DNA of 64,000 nt, taken from Hemiscyllium ocellatum (taxonomy: Eukaryota). The DNA lies in assembly GCF_020745735.1 (NCBI RefSeq), contig NC_083446.1:7054433-7118432 (forward strand), given 5' to 3'. Below the pieces are notes generated by a model that was given only the letters and a program-made list of their open reading frames with translations, did no database searches and was not told the DNA's origin. A program made the position numbers and the translations under genes. Numbering within the stretch: the stretch's first letter is position 1; the number at the start of each line of letters is the position of its first letter. Positions 1 through 13,239 of the stretch are shown piece by piece.

Positions 1-1025
1 GAACACACACCGGATCATCAACGCCACACTCACAGGAATCCGATTCACGAGAGAGGAAGAAAAGGACAACCAGCTCCCATTCCTAGACGTGATGGTACAG
101 AGAACACCTAATGGAGAATTCACCACAAAGGTATACAGGAAAGCCACACACACAGACCAAGTCCTGAACTATGAAAGCAACCACCCCAACACACACAAAA
201 GAAGTTGCATCAAGACACTGTTCAAAAGGGCCACAACACACTGCAGTACACCAGAACTGCAAAAAGAGGAAGAAGAACACCTCTACAATGTATTCGCCAA
301 AAACGGATACCCGAACAATTTCATCAACAGGTGCCTAAGGGAAAGACAACGGAATGAGGACATGCCACAACCCAAAGGACTAGCCACACTACCATACATC
401 AAGAGCATTTCCGAACTGACAGCCAGATTACTGCGATCACTAGGACTCATAACAGCATACAAACCAACAGCCACTCTCAGACAACAACTCACCAGAACGA
501 AGGACCCGATACCCAGCATGAGCAAAACCAATGTAGTGTACAAAATCCCATGCAAGGACTGCACAAAACACTACATAGGACAAACAGGAAGACAGCTAAC
601 GATCCGCATCCATGAACACCAACCAGCCGCGAAACGACATGACCAACTATCCTTAGTAGCCACACACGCAGATGACAAGCAACATGAATTCAACTGGGAC
701 AACACTACTATTATACGACAAGCCAAACAGAGAACAGCCAGGGAATTCCTACAGGCATGGCACTCATCCACAGATTCAATCAATAAGCACATCGACCTGG
801 ACCCAATATACCGACCACTGCAACGGACAGCTGGAACTGACAACCGGAAGCGGCAGATTCAAACCACTACAAATACCGGAGGAAAGATCACAGAAGTGCT
901 TCACAGGAGGCTCCCAAGCACTGAGGATGTCAGGGGGACGAAACGTCTGCAACACAAATTCCCAGCTCGGCGAACAGAACCACAACAACGAGCACCCGAG
1001 CTACAAATCTTCTCACAAACTTTGA
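1..1025 (+). mobile_element. Penelope-like retroelement (Penelope/Poseidon type), 3' part, 5' end outside window
   Basis: Open frame from base 2 encodes the RT C-terminus (FTREEEKDNQLPFLDV; VYRKATHTDQVLNYESNHP) and a GIY-YIG domain (VVYKIPCKDC..YIGQTGR..RIHEH). The 3' end matches the mini-element at 55598-55648. Confidence 0.92.
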
Positions 1026-1066
1026 AGTGTTTCAAAAAACAAACAAGGGGAAGTAATTTTTCTTAA
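2..1066 (+). CDS. PLE RT/GIY-YIG endonuclease ORF (partial); reads through the element 3' end
   Basis: ORF 89..1066 extends upstream without a stop to base 2; PLE RT thumb and GIY-YIG motifs present. Confidence 0.8.
   Translation, partial: NTHRIINATLTGIRFTREEEKDNQLPFLDVMVQRTPNGEFTTKVYRKATHTDQVLNYESNHPNTHKRSCIKTLFKRATTHCSTPELQKEEEEHLYNVFAKNGYPNNFINRCLRERQRNEDMPQPKGLATLPYIKSISELTARLLRSLGLITAYKPTATLRQQLTRTKDPIPSMSKTNVVYKIPCKDCTKHYIGQTGRQLTIRIHEHQPAAKRHDQLSLVATHADDKQHEFNWDNTTIIRQAKQRTAREFLQAWHSSTDSINKHIDLDPIYRPLQRTAGTDNRKRQIQTTTNTGGKITEVLHRRLPSTEDVRGTKRLQHKFPARRTEPQQRAPELQIFSQTLKCFKKQTRGSNFS
918..950 (+). ncRNA. Minimal type I hammerhead ribozyme motif in PLE 3' end
   Basis: gca-CTGAGGA-t-gtc/agggg/gac-GAAA-cg-TC-tgc: conserved core, 3-bp stems I and II, palindromic ACGT in place of stem III. 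Confidence 0.8.
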
Positions 1067-1234
1067 AACCTCCAGGTTGTTTCGGAGTCTTTTCACAACA
1101 ATATTGCTTCAATTAATTTTGACCTCTGCACAAAATACTCTGAGTGATGGCTCACTTCAAGTAGTTACAAAACTGGACAGCAGTCAGAAACATTATAGAA
1201 AGTGATCCCAGGCCATTGGGCTTGGGATCCCCTA

Positions 1235-1410
1235 ATTCAAGATTCTTCCACAAAAGGTAATATCTTCTCCACAACCACCTGGTCAAACCTCCTCAGGAAC
1301 TCTGACTCTTAAACTCTGCAAGATACAGGTCTTGCCTGTGGAGCCTTTCCTAATAAGTTAATCCTTCATTCCAGGTATTGTTGTGGTAAACCTTGTCTGA
1401 ACTGCTTAAC
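1235..1410 (-). mobile_element. Degraded CR1 LINE fragment
   Basis: Reverse complement resembles the CR1 ORF2 3' region seen elsewhere in the window. Confidence 0.5.
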
Positions 1411-1459
1411 TGCTCTGAACTCACTCAAGCCCTGGCAATTTAGCTTAATATCAATTGTT

Positions 1460-2160
1460 AGTATTTTTTATTTATTTGTGGGATGTGGGTGTCACTGGCA
1501 GGGCCAACACTTATTGCCCGTTCTTGAGAAAGTTGGTGGTGAGCAGTCTTCTTGAACTGCTGCAGTCCACCTGCTGTGGGTTGAACCACAATGGCCTTAG
1601 GGAGAGAATTCCAGGACTTTGACCCAGCAACAGTGAGGGAACAGTGATATATTTCCAAGTCAGGATGGTGAGTGGCCTTGGGGGAGGGGGTGGGATCTTG
1701 AAAGTGACGGTCTTCCTGCATACCTGTTGCCCTTTATTCTTCAGATGTGGGCAGTATAGGTAAGGCCAGCGTTAATTACCCATCCCTGATAGTGTACCAC
1801 CTTCTTAAACTGCCCTCTGCCCATGCTATGAGGGGTGCTTTCAAACTACTGTTAGGGATGGAGTTTAAGATTTTGGATCAGGAAGACAGATACATGTTCA
1901 AGTGAAGATTATTGGGTGAATTTGGAGGTGATAGCGTTCTCAAGTACCTGCTACACTTTTATGTATAAGCAGTAGAGTCTGTGGGTTTGGGAGATGTTTC
2001 TAAATTGAAAGTGAAGCCTAACTTTAATCAGAGAGCAGCTCCACAAGGTGCCAGAAGACAGTAATTGATGAAGGAGGTAAAGTTAGTGACACCTGGGACA
2101 TTGTTCTGAGATACTCCTGCAGTGGTGGTTTGTGAGCCAAGATGATGAGTCGCCAACGAG
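1460..2160 (-). mobile_element. CR1-like LINE (second family) 3' fragments, two adjacent copies
   Basis: Minus ORF has AGSKSWNSLP..GLQQFKK; tail shared with 21300-21665 and 33715-34075. Confidence 0.7.
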
Positions 2161-2238
2161 ATGAAGACTCACAATTTATTATTTGGAAATTTGGGTTCCA
2201 ATATGGACAAAACCTGCACAGCTTTAAGTTTGATTTGC

Positions 2239-2263
2239 GTGTGTGTGTGTGTGTGTGTGTGTG
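2239..2263. repeat. (GT)n microsatellite
   Basis: About 12 GT units. Confidence 0.95.
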
Positions 2264-3709
2264 AAGAAGAGGAGACATAGATTTAATTGCGTTTTTGGAT
2301 TCTATGAATGGTAGAGTGTTGTCCAGAGAGTTGTATAAATGCATTTAGACAGGCTTCCTAAAAAAAACCCTTGAGGTGAATAGTTCAGTGAAAACAAATA
2401 ATAGAAGAGAGAAATAAATTTGAGCTGTTGCCTAGTAACAAGGTGTCCTTTGCATTATGGACTTGACCAGTCCCTGTCAAAAATATTTAAGAAGGTAGAA
2501 CACATCCTAATTTTTTCTGATTTTAAAGGTAAATGTGAAGTGCCTGTTCCAGATGCAATGTGGCTACTCGACATTAAACAAAACACAATTTATGTAAATA
2601 CCGTAGTTGAAATACAACCAAAATAAAGTGGAATTTAGAATAACTTAAGAGAATTTAAATAGATAGAGAATATCATATACAGTAACTATTATTAATGAAC
2701 TAATCCAATTTTCCCTAAATACACCCCTTGGCAAAAAGGAAAATTCAGACTCAGATTCTCACATGCAGTTTTCCAATCCATGAGCAAAAAATCATCAAGA
2801 AAAGATTCAGAGATAGTAGCAGCCAGGAGACATTCACTGAAACTTCCTACTCTGTTGAGACCCCAATATCTTCTGATGTTACTGAAAAAACTGAAAGCCA
2901 GAAGTCTGGATTTGAGAGAGCTGGCCATTCAGGCTGTTAAACAACACCAAAGGCTCCCAAGCATACAAGAGGTCTTCAGTAGCTAGTTCAGTGCCTCTGC
3001 CTTACAACCTCTAAAGCGTACTTTAGCAGTTTGAGCAGGAGTCATCCTGGGTAGATTAAAGCTCAGTAAGAGGATAGCTTCAGAAAGAAAAGGCTGGGCA
3101 AGTGGGATTTAAGGAGCCCATATTAAAACGATAAGTGAGCTGCGTTGGCAGTTTGCTTCAGGGTCTCAGGAACAAACATGAACTAAAGAAGGCAGTGCTG
3201 AGTAAATGAAGATGTTTGCCACGAAAGAAGCCAAGTACTGCAACAGGTCTCCCCATTTAATGTCCAGCAGGTAGCTCTAGTATTGCATCTAGTAGAAGAC
3301 TGGCTGTCAAGATTGACAAGAGACTTCGCATTAGCTTCCCATAGCCTGACAGAGAATGATGAACATTGTGCCATCTCATCCAGGCAGCCACATGCAGCAT
3401 ATCCTTGGGGATCCCAATGCGAATGATGAAGCTGACATTAATTTCACGAACTTGACATTCATCAAAAGTTTCACTTGTCAAGGTAGATGCAAGAATACCT
3501 GCATTTCAGAGGGAACAACTGTTTAATATTGTCTGAGAAATAGGGTGCTGTCTAGTTGGAGAGTGCAGCGTGGTTGTTTCAAGGATTGCCAAGGGGAATG
3601 CACCAGGGAACAATGTCTCCCCAAGGTTTTGCTCAGCTATTCTGGGATCCTCTCCAGCAGCTGCTGCTCCCTCCAAGGCTGCCAGTCCTTGCAGCGAGAG
3701 GTGACCTGG

Positions 3710-4255
3710 CCCTTCCTGCTGCAGTTATACAGGACCTTAGTGAGGTCACACCTTGAGTACTGTGTGGAGTTTTGGTCTCCTAGTCTGAGGAGAGATTCTT
3801 GCTATTGAGAGAGTCAGCGAAGGTTCACCAGACTGATTCCTGGGACAGCATGACTGACATGAAAGAAGACTGGATCAACTGGGCTTGTATTCACTGGAAT
3901 TTAGAAGAATGAGGGTTGATCTCATAGAAACTATATCCTGATGGAACTGGACAGGCTAGACGCAGAACTAGGAGTCACAGTCAGATAATAAAGGGTAAGC
4001 CGTTCAGGACTGAGATGAGGAGGAACTTCTTCACTCAGAGAGCTGTGAACCTGTGGAACTCTCTCCCACAGGAAGCTGTTGGGGCCAGTCTTTTGATTTA
4101 TTGAAGAGGGAGCTTGACATGGCCCTTGTGGGTAAAGAGATCACCGGGTGCGGAGAGAAAGTGGGAGTGGGATACTGAAATTGCACGGTCAGCCGTGATC
4201 ATCGCGGATGGTGCTGCAGACCTGAAGGGCTGAATGGATTGCACCTGTTTTCTAA
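3710..4255 (+). mobile_element. CR1/HER1 LINE 3' fragment
   Basis: LYRTLVRSHLEYCVEFWSP and WNSLP motifs, CR1 3'UTR. Confidence 0.85.
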
Positions 4256-4494
4256 GTTTTAGAGCCTGTGCCAGCCCTCTCCCCTCATATCAATGAGGGA
4301 AGTCAAACTGCAGCATTCTGATAGTAAGTGATAAATCCACTCTACCAGTGAGCGACCTCTAGAAGATGATCCAGGTTACTCACTATGGCAAGGCCAATCC
4401 TATCTCCTAAGTAAATGCACGACTGTTTAGTTTAGCTGATATAGACAGCTGAACCCAGTCTAACCAGAGAGTTCTGAGACCAAACTGAGCATGT

Positions 4495-4700
4495 CACTCA
4501 TGTGGAATAAACTGCCAAAGAAAGTGGTGGATGCAGGCACAGCTACAACGTTTAAAAGACATTTGGATAAGGACATGAATAGGAACTGTTTGGAGGAATA
4601 TGGGCCAAGCGCAGACAGGTGGGACTAGTTTAATTTGGGATTATGGTCGGCATAGACTGGTTAGACCAAAGGGTCTGTTTCAATGCTGTATGACTGTATA
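4495..4700 (+). mobile_element. CR1/HER1 3' end
   Basis: WN.LP..VV.AG..FKRHLD region followed by HER1-type tail. Confidence 0.8.
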
Positions 4701-4847
4701 AGAGCTGAAAATGTGTTCAGGAATGAAGAAGGGCTTATGCCCGAAACGTCGAATCTCCTGTTCCTTGGATGCTGCCTGACCTGCTGCGCTTTTCCAGCAA
4801 CACATTTTCAGCTCTGATCTCCAGCATCTGCAGACCTCACTTTCTCC
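4701..4847 (+). mobile_element. Miniature fold-back PLE (pLTR only)
   Basis: 4701-4717 is the reverse complement of 4799-4815; truncated HHR core; TSD ctgtatgactgtata at 4686-4700 and 4847-4861. Confidence 0.85.
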
Positions 4848-5794
4848 TGTATGACTGTATAAACCAAGATCTCCTCAGTAAATGCCATATCCTGGGTGTG
4901 TTACAAAAATATTATGCCCCTGCAATGTCCTGTTAATTATCACTACACTGAGGCAGGCAGGGATACTACCTTTGGCTTCAGAAGTGTCCTGGCAAAGGAA
5001 CATTTCTGTTCCCACTTCTATTTCACCCGAAAAGGTCCAGGTATGAACAGTGTGTGTTGAGAGCATCAAAGGCACCATGAAGACAGGACAAGACACAAAA
5101 GACCTGTGGTTATGTTCAGAAATTTCAGTGTTCTTGAGCTCATTCTCCTCATTTAGATGTTTTCATTTCTTTTGACCTGTCAGTGTTGTGCAATGTATAT
5201 CCTGTTGGTTAGAATTCCGGTTCACCCCTCTGAGCTTCAGTTTACTTATATTGACGCACTGCACCTTGCAGTGACTGCTACTCTATTTGATATGTGCTCT
5301 GCAGTGTGCAGAGTCTGATACTGTTACACCGCCGGGTACAGGCTCCTGCATAATTCACACTTTTTAAAAAATGGTGTCTCCCTTTCAAATGTTTGTCTTG
5401 TTTTGCTTTGACAGCATCACTGGTTCTACATCAACCAGAGGCATCCCCAGTCATATCACTGCAACCCCCCCTAAATTCCATATCTCCCCAGCCCCTTCTG
5501 ATTCCACACCTCAGTTCCCCTACTCCCTAACTGCAGATTTTTACTCTCTGGTTTTGATGCCTACAAGATGCATTCACCTGGATATCAGGTGAGGATGGAT
5601 GTGATGACCTCCACTGGTGAGGAACCTACTTACATTCAGGACATACAGTCACAAATGAGGCACAAAAAGGTCACTTGGTGTCTTTGGAATCACAGATAAA
5701 CGTGAGTGAGAACAGGAAAGAATCAGAGACTGCGCAGTAAGACAGAAGGGTACCTCTCTTCCAGTTTAACACATACCTCTCTCTGGCAAGTGCC

Positions 5795-6080
5795 CAGAGT
5801 TGAAAGGTTGTGGTTTCATCTTCCAAGCCAGAGAACACAACGTAATCTGGACTGACATTCCAGCAGAGTAGTGAGTGAGGGCTAAACTGGATTCATCAGA
5901 CATTCAACTGAGGCACTATCGTCCTCTCAGGTCATCCCACATCACTACCGAGAAGATGTGGGGGAGTGACCCAGTTGATATTTATCCTTCAGTCAACATC
6001 ACTTTGAACAGATTCATTATTTCCCTATTGTATAGAGAATGTTGCTGAGCACAAACTGGCTGCGGCATTGTCCACCTTAA
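5795..6080 (+). mobile_element. Degraded Deu-domain SINE (SacSINE1-like)
   Basis: Resembles the recalled DeuSINE body (aaggttgtgg..., gatatttatccttcagtcaacatcact, gcacaaactggctgc). Confidence 0.55.
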
Positions 6081-6329
6081 TGGCTTTTTACTTAATGGAA
6101 TGGTTGCATTCCCCTCCCCCGCACCCCAGTTCCACGTCACACCCCTCCCTCCAATCCTCCTACAGTAAATGACAGAATCCTTAGCAGCATCTGTAAATCC
6201 TGAAAGTAGCAACACAAGTGGATAAGACAATCATGGAAACAGACCTTGTGGTCCACCTCGCCTATGCCAACCAGGCATCCCAACCTGACCCAGTCCCACT
6301 TGCCAGCATTTGGCCTATATCCCCCTATT

Positions 6330-6498
6330 GGACTCTCAGCTACCTGCCCCCAGCTACACCCCCCTCTCATTTATTTTCTCCACCCCCCTCAGCTCACAAG
6401 CCTCATTCCTGATGAAAGGCTCTTGACCGAAACGTTGATTCGCCTGTTCCTTGGATGCTGCCTGACCTGCTGTGCTTTTCCAGTACCACACTCTCGAT
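6330..6498 (+). mobile_element. PLE pLTR fragment with degenerate HHR, nested in a minus-strand CR1 tail (6250-6575)
   Basis: ctgatgaaaggctcttgaccgaaacgtt followed by the pLTR body common in this window. Confidence 0.7.
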
Positions 6499-6589
6499 TC
6501 TATATCCCTCCCATTCCTTCCGACTCATATATTCATCCAGATGCCTTTTAAATGTTGTAATTGTATCTGCCTTCTGTGCTATATGACTC

Positions 6590-7220
6590 TAAGAAGGTGT
6601 ATGTTATGCTTGCCTTCATCAGACAGCGCACAGAGTATAAAAATTGACCAGTTATATTGCAGCTGTATAGAACTTTTGTGAGACTACATTTGGAATATTG
6701 TGTACAGTTCTGGTCATCACATTACCAGAAGGATGTGGGAGCTTTGGAGAGGTTAATGAAATGGTTTACCAGGATGTTGCCTGGTTTGCGGGGTGTTCAC
6801 TATGAGGAGATTTTGGACAAACTTGGTTTGTTTTCACTTAAATAACAAATGATGAGAGGCGAATGGACAGAAGTTTACAAAATGATGAGAGGCATTGATA
6901 GCTGGTTTTCCCAGAGTAGAAGTGTTAATTATTAAGGGACATAGGTTTAAGAGAAAAGGGGATAAGTTTAAAGATGCGAGAGACAAGCTTTTTTGCACAG
7001 AGGATGGTAAGTGCCTGGATGAGTTGTCAGAGGAGATGATGGAGGCAGATACAATAGCAACATTTAAGAGGCATCTTGTCAGATAAATAAATAGGCAAAG
7101 AATAGAGGAATATGGACCATATAGATGCAACAGGCTTTTAATTTAAATGGCGTCATGTGTCAGCGCAGTCTTGGTGGGCCAAAGGGCCTGTTCCTGTGCT
7201 GAACTGTTCTTTGTTCTTTA
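6590..7220 (+). mobile_element. CR1 LINE 3' fragment
   Basis: LYRTFVRLHLEYCVQFWS and FKRHL motifs, 3' tail. Confidence 0.85.
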
Positions 7221-7574
7221 ATCAGAACAGTGTTTAACGTGTAAACTCAATTACAACACTCCTCCGCTGGTACATTGTTTTAAACTACTCAAATGGTTAC
7301 CTAAAGTGGAAAAGTTGACTAATTTCCTCCCACGATTGAACTCAATTATAATAATTATACACTTTCACCCAACTAAACTGTCAGCCTAAATTAAGTGGCT
7401 TAAACGGAAACCGTGAGCATATTAAAACATGTACTACTCAGAACAGCCCTCAGAATACACACAGTACATGTACCATGGAGGGTCGAGGGATGTTATTGAC
7501 CCAGAGTAGGACTCAACTCCTCAGATCAAGTCAAGGTCCTGGAATGCAGAAAATCTATCAATTTTATCAATATG

Positions 7575-7757
7575 ATTAATTGATTGGCAGAGACAAGTTG
7601 GACTGAAAGGTCTGTTTCTGTGCTATATGACAATATTTGGACAGGTTTAGAGGGATATGGGCCAGACACAGGCAAATGAGACTAGTTTAGTTTGGGAAAC
7701 GTGTTCAGTATGGATGAGTTGGATTGAAGGGTCTATTTCTGTGCTGAATGACTCTAT
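7575..7757 (+). mobile_element. CR1/HER1 3' tails (two short copies)
   Basis: ttggactgaa(a)ggtctgtttctgtgct tail motif occurs twice. Confidence 0.65.
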
Positions 7758-8079
7758 AAACATTCTTGTGGAAAGTGAACCTGACAAAGCAGTATTGCTA
7801 GCAGGCAAGTTCAGAAAGTTTTTATCAGAACTCTGAACTTGATGAGACAAGTGCTGTTTATACAGAAATGGCAATAATGCTCTTGTGTTTAATGAGATAC
7901 TTTACCCAGACAAATATATCCTGCATATTGTCAAACAAAACTATTTCCAAAATCTCTCAGCAGAATACTATCCACAACCAAAATCCATTGAAACAGTAAG
8001 ACAGCTCGAGTTATAAAAACTAGTTCAATATCTGTTGAACTAAGGAGACTAAACTAATATTCTAAAGTGAAAAAGAACA

Positions 8080-11000
8080 CCAATAACTGCAGATTTGGAA
8101 ATCAAAAACACAGCTTGCTGGAAAGACTCAGCGGGATTGGGAGCAGGTGTGGAGAGAAGCAGCATTAACATTTTGGGTTCAGAACTGATTGTAGCGAGGG
8201 AAAGATTGATAAGTGTGCTGAAGGTGGGAGAGGGAACTAAAGGAACAGTAGAGATGGAACCCAGAGAGAGACAGAGAGAGACAGTTGAGTAGACAAAGGA
8301 ATGGGTAAAGGTCAGCCTTGGAGAAGCAATAGCTGCTAATGGAGACCAACAATGGGTGGGTTGTGATGATAAGGCCTGGTGTGTCAGGGTTGGGTAAGGA
8401 CGTAGGAGAAGGTGCTAAGGCCCTAACATGATTGAACTTGATGTTGAGTCCTGAAGGCTTCAGGGTCCCCAAAAGGAAAATGAGTTACAGTTCTTTCAGC
8501 TTACGCTGGAGCCAGAGATGTTGGCCGGAGTGCACAGTGGTGTGTTGAAGTAGCAGGCAATAGGAAACTCGGGGTCATTTTTGCTGACAGAATGTAAGTG
8601 CCCTGCAAAGTGGTCACCCAGTTTGCCCAGTGCAGAGCAGACTACATTGTGAGCAACGAATAAGTAGACCAGATTGAGTGAAGCACAGGAAAACCACTAC
8701 ATTATGTGGAAGCTGCATCAGGGGCCTTGAAGAGTTAGGATGGAGAAGGTAAATGAGTAGATGTTACACCTTCTGCGATTGCATGGGAAGGCGCTTTGGA
8801 AAAGTGGGGAGTTGTTGGGAATAGAGGAGGACTGGGCCAAGGTGTTCCAGACGAAACAGTCACTGTGGAAGGCTGACAAGGGAGGGGAGCGGAATATGTG
8901 TCTGGGTGATGGTATCCTGCTGGAAGTGACAACTAATGATCCCCCATGGATGTGGATGCTGGTGGGACAGGAGGTGAGGATCAGGGGGACCCTACCATTG
9001 TTGTGGGAGGGAAGAGAAGGGATGAGGGGCAAAGTGCATGAGATGGGTCAGACAGGCCCTGTCAACCATGGTGCTGGAGAATCTTCAGTTGAGGAAGAAA
9101 GTGGACATTGCAGAAGCCAGCGACATCGAATAGATACAATAGAGAAACTAGGAGACTGGAACAGAGTCTTTATAGGAAGCAGGGTGCGAGAATACATAAT
9201 CCAAGTAATTTTGGAAGTCAGTGGGTTTGCAGTGGATATTGGTGGCTAGCCTATCCCCAGAAATGGCAAAAGAGATGTTGAGGAAGGGAAGGGAGGAGTC
9301 AGAGATGGATCAGGATAGAAATTGGAAGCGAAATTGATAAAATTTTTCAATTCTGGACGAGAGAGGGAAACAGCTCCGATTACATCACTGATGTACTGGA
9401 GAAAGAGTGTGGGTGGGGTCCCGGGTAGGATTGGAACACAGAATTCAATGTGCCCCACAAAGAGACATGAATAATTGGGGCCCATGGCCACACCTTGGAC
9501 CTGAGAGGAGTTAAACAAGAAGGTGTTCAAAGTGAGGACCAGATAGAGGAGGGTGGTGGTGGATGGGACAGTTCAGGCCGAACTAGAGGACACAGCTTAA
9601 AAATACAGGGTAGACCATTTAGGACAGAGATAAGGAGAAACTTCTTCACCCAGAGAGTGGTGGGTATGTGGAATGCTCTGCCCCAGTGGGCAGTGGAGGC
9701 CCAGTCTCTGGATTCATTTAAGAAAGAGTTGGATAGAGCTTTCAAGGATAGTGGAATCAAGGGTTATGGAGATAAGGCAGGAACAGGATACTGATTAAGG
9801 ATGATCAGCCATGATCATAGGGTGGTGCAGGCTCAAAGGACAGAATGGCCTACTCCTGCACCTATTGTCTTCAGGCCATTCTGATGAGGGACGGATATGT
9901 GAAGGGAATGCACATCCATAGTGACGTGGAGGTGGGTGGAGACCGCAAACTGGAAATTCTGAAACCGGCGTAAATTGAGAGAGGAATCACAGATGTAAAT
10001 GGGAAGGGACTGGACAAGGGGAGGAAAAATCAAGTCAAGATAGGGAAGAGATTAGTTCTATGGGACAGAAGCAGTCAGAAACAATGTGTCTGCCCAGGCA
10101 GTCCTGTTTGTGGATTTTGAGAAGGAGATAGAAGCGAGCTGTGCGGGGTTGGGGGACAATGAGCCTGGAGGCTATTGGGGGATAGATGACCAGATGAAAT
10201 GAGATAGTGACCACAGTGGACACAACAGCCTGGTGTTTCATGGCTGGGTCATGGTCCAGGGGGAGATAGGAGGAGATGACTGAAAGCTGGCATTCAGTTA
10301 CCACAATGTAGATGTTAGTTAGCTCGACAACAGCACCATCCTTGTTGGCAGGCCTCATCACAAAGTTAGGGTTAGATCTAAGAGCAAGGAGTGCAGTCAT
10401 TTCAGAGGGAGATAGGTTGAAATGAGTAAGGGGACAGAGAAATTGAGGTGACCAATATCACTTTGACAGTTTTTGATGAACAGGACAAGTGCAGTTAAAA
10501 AAACCAGAGGGAGGTGAGGGCTGTGTGGGACAGGGAGGTGAGGGTTCTTGTCCAAACAAATAGGCATTCAAGTGAAGGGGATGGAAAAACTGTTCAACGT
10601 CATGTCATGGCAAAACTCATTGAGCTGGGCCACAGAGATAAATCTCTTTAGTGAGTACAGAATGTTCAGCATCAGAAAGAGGAAGGTCAGAAGGACCAGG
10701 AGGCAGGGTTAGGAGAGGGGATGGAGTCAGATGGAAGGGATCAGGAGAAGGATTCCTTAATGCCTGAAAAGAAAAGAAAATGTTTCCTGTTAGAATGTAG
10801 AATGAGTCAGAGGATGAAGTGGGATTGGAAGCAGGGGGTGAGGGAGCAGGGCAATTCTGAGCCAGTGTGATGGAGAGTGAGCTCAAGAGTGCGCATGTGG
10901 GGTTGCAAGGCTGATCTCAGAATGCAGTGAGAGCAACTGTCTAAACAGCATTGTACATCATGGAGACACCTGGTCGATTCAAAGTATAAAGGATGAAACT

Positions 11001-11315
11001 TTTAATTGGAATCCTCATGGGGTGAGTCTGAGCTGGAGGGAGTCACTGAGGCATGTGATGTGGCTAAAGAGGGTACCGTCAATTCAAAGCCAAGAAATAT
11101 ACAACTCGTTCAAAAGAATCTTTTGTAAGGTGCTGAGGTTTACAAAGCAGGAGGGTCTTGTCTTTGGGCTAAAGATACAGGGAACCACAATGATGCTAAC
11201 ATGTTTCTGGAACAAACACAGAACGCTGGAGAAACTCAGCAGGTCTGACAGCGTCTGTGCATAAAGAAATAGAGTTAACAATTTGAGTCTGGTATGGCTC
11301 TTCTTCAGAACTGAA
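8080..11315 (-). mobile_element. Near full-length degenerate Neptune-type PLE with directly repeated pLTRs (~8080-8190 and ~11200-11315)
   Basis: Minus-strand frames: RPANKDGAVV (KPADKG), PRTARFYLLLKIHK..GRHIVS, QVQGVAMG, QYISDV (YIDD), GTLKPSGLN C-terminus; frameshifted; split by a CR1 insert. Confidence 0.85.
9570..9870 (+). mobile_element. CR1 LINE 3' end inserted in the PLE
   Basis: TRGHSLK..FRTEIRRNFFTQRVVGMWNALP..FKKELD. Confidence 0.9.
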
Positions 11316-12937
11316 AGGTGTTAGACTTTTTTATTTGCTCGTGACAGAGGCAGCAAAGACAGAGGGGTTTTTAAAGGTAGAGATATAAAATGGGTGTAAA
11401 TTAAGGTGAGAAAGGGAGAGAATGGATCCTCTCTACTAAATGACAAGCAAGCAAGTCAAGCCTCTGCGTGTATGTGTGAGGCAGGGGTGGGTGGAATGTA
11501 AGGAAAGTAGAGAACAAACAAAGTGGTCAGTTTCTGATGTTATTGAAGGCCTCAAGGTTGCAAAATGCCTACATGGAAACGAGATGAATTCCTTGAATTT
11601 GCATTGTGCTTCATTGAAACATGCTCGTGGGTTAAAGAAGGGTGGAACAAGACAGAGTTCCTCCTCCCCGATCACTCCTACCGGAAGCATATGTGAGCGG
11701 GAATGCCATCAAGCTCCATGTGGCTGACGTCCTGTCTGTGCTCAGAACTTGTGCAGAGGGGTCATTTGGAAGAATTGCTGGGGAACAGGCAGTAAACGTT
11801 TCCAGTCAATAACCTTTCAACAGCACTCCTAAGCTGAAGGCTAGCAAGCTAAGCCACCAACCACATCAGACATTTTCCCGGAACATCACATACGTCCCTT
11901 CCTTCCTGTGCCCATTGCCTTTTCCTCTTTTGCTGCCAATGTAACCAGATGCCGGACAGAGTGTACTGGATTGGTGCAATCAGAGGTGCTGCTGGGAGAG
12001 TATTCATTGTTTACCTGTAACAACCAGGGAGTTTTTGACTTCGATGCAAATAAGGATCATAAAAGGAATGTAAATTGGCTGCCAACATGCTGTCACCCAT
12101 TCTACACTAATACTCAATTACAAACTCTACCCCCGGTATTTGGAATTTACCTAGTTATATTTTATTGGCTTAGAAAACAACTAATGTAGTAGCTGTCTTT
12201 AATTTTCTTTTGCTCATATCAAACTGCACGGTCCATGCTCAGTAATGAGAGTCTCACCACTGATTTATGTGCTCTGCTTTAATTCACATCTTTGTTTGGA
12301 GACCCGCTGATGATTAGTCATCTCCCGCATGTTGGCTTTGTCGTATTTAAAGCCTCAGAGATCCCTCTCGCTGATTAAGTGGGCTTTCTGAAACAGAGAG
12401 AACTGAGTCCTTTAAAATGGAACATACCCAGGGGAATGTTTGCGGGGTAATTTCTCTTGGTTTGCATTCTGTTGCTGTTTCAGAAATCAGAAACTCTAAA
12501 GCATTTAACTCTGCAGTCCATTTTAATTGATGTGCCAAAAAGAAGCAATTGCGGCTGCAAACAAGGTTCATCATTACATATGCAGCTATAAATACATAAA
12601 AATCACTATTTATACAGTGCTTTTCAGTCTGGGACTTGATGCAAATGTTTTATTCAGTGTGCTAATAAAACACCATGGAGGAACTACACCTTTATTGGGT
12701 AGTGCCTTCATTTCAGTCGCCCAAGTAATTACTGATGTAGAGAAAAGTAACTGCTTTGGAAAAGGTGCCTGAATGGAAGAGCTTCATGTTTTGATTGCTT
12801 TCATTCTGTTATCTTAAAATAAAGAAACAACACAATTATCGAGTAATAGTCAAAACACCTAACCCGATTCTATTTAGCAACAAAACTAATTATGTCCAAG
12901 TGACCAACACACATCTTCAAGCAGAATTATACAGCTT

Positions 12938-13085
12938 TAGAACATAGAACAGTACAGTACAATACAAGCCCTTCGGCCCTCGATGTTGTGCCGACATTTT
13001 ATCCTACTCTAAGATCAAACTAACCTACATACCCTTCATTATACTATCATCCATGTACCCATGTAACCTTCATTTAAATGTCCGT
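12938..13085 (-). mobile_element. CR1 3' end
   Basis: Reverse complement of a CR1 tail (agaacatagaacagtacag...ccttcggccc). Confidence 0.65.
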
Positions 13086-13239
13086 TTGGACCCAACAATC
13101 TTATTTCGAAGCAGCTGTTTAAACAAGATCTCTCGCAGCAGTTAAATTAGCCACCAAACATTTATATTCTCACTAACAGCTGTTTCCCCACTTAGTAAAT
13201 TTCTCTGGAGGGACAGGAGTAAGCAAGTCCCATGATGCA

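Noticed and set aside
2700-3540. Possible ancient RT-like remnant or exon (ANIFIYS)
   Set aside because: Similarity is too weak and fragmented to support without a profile search.
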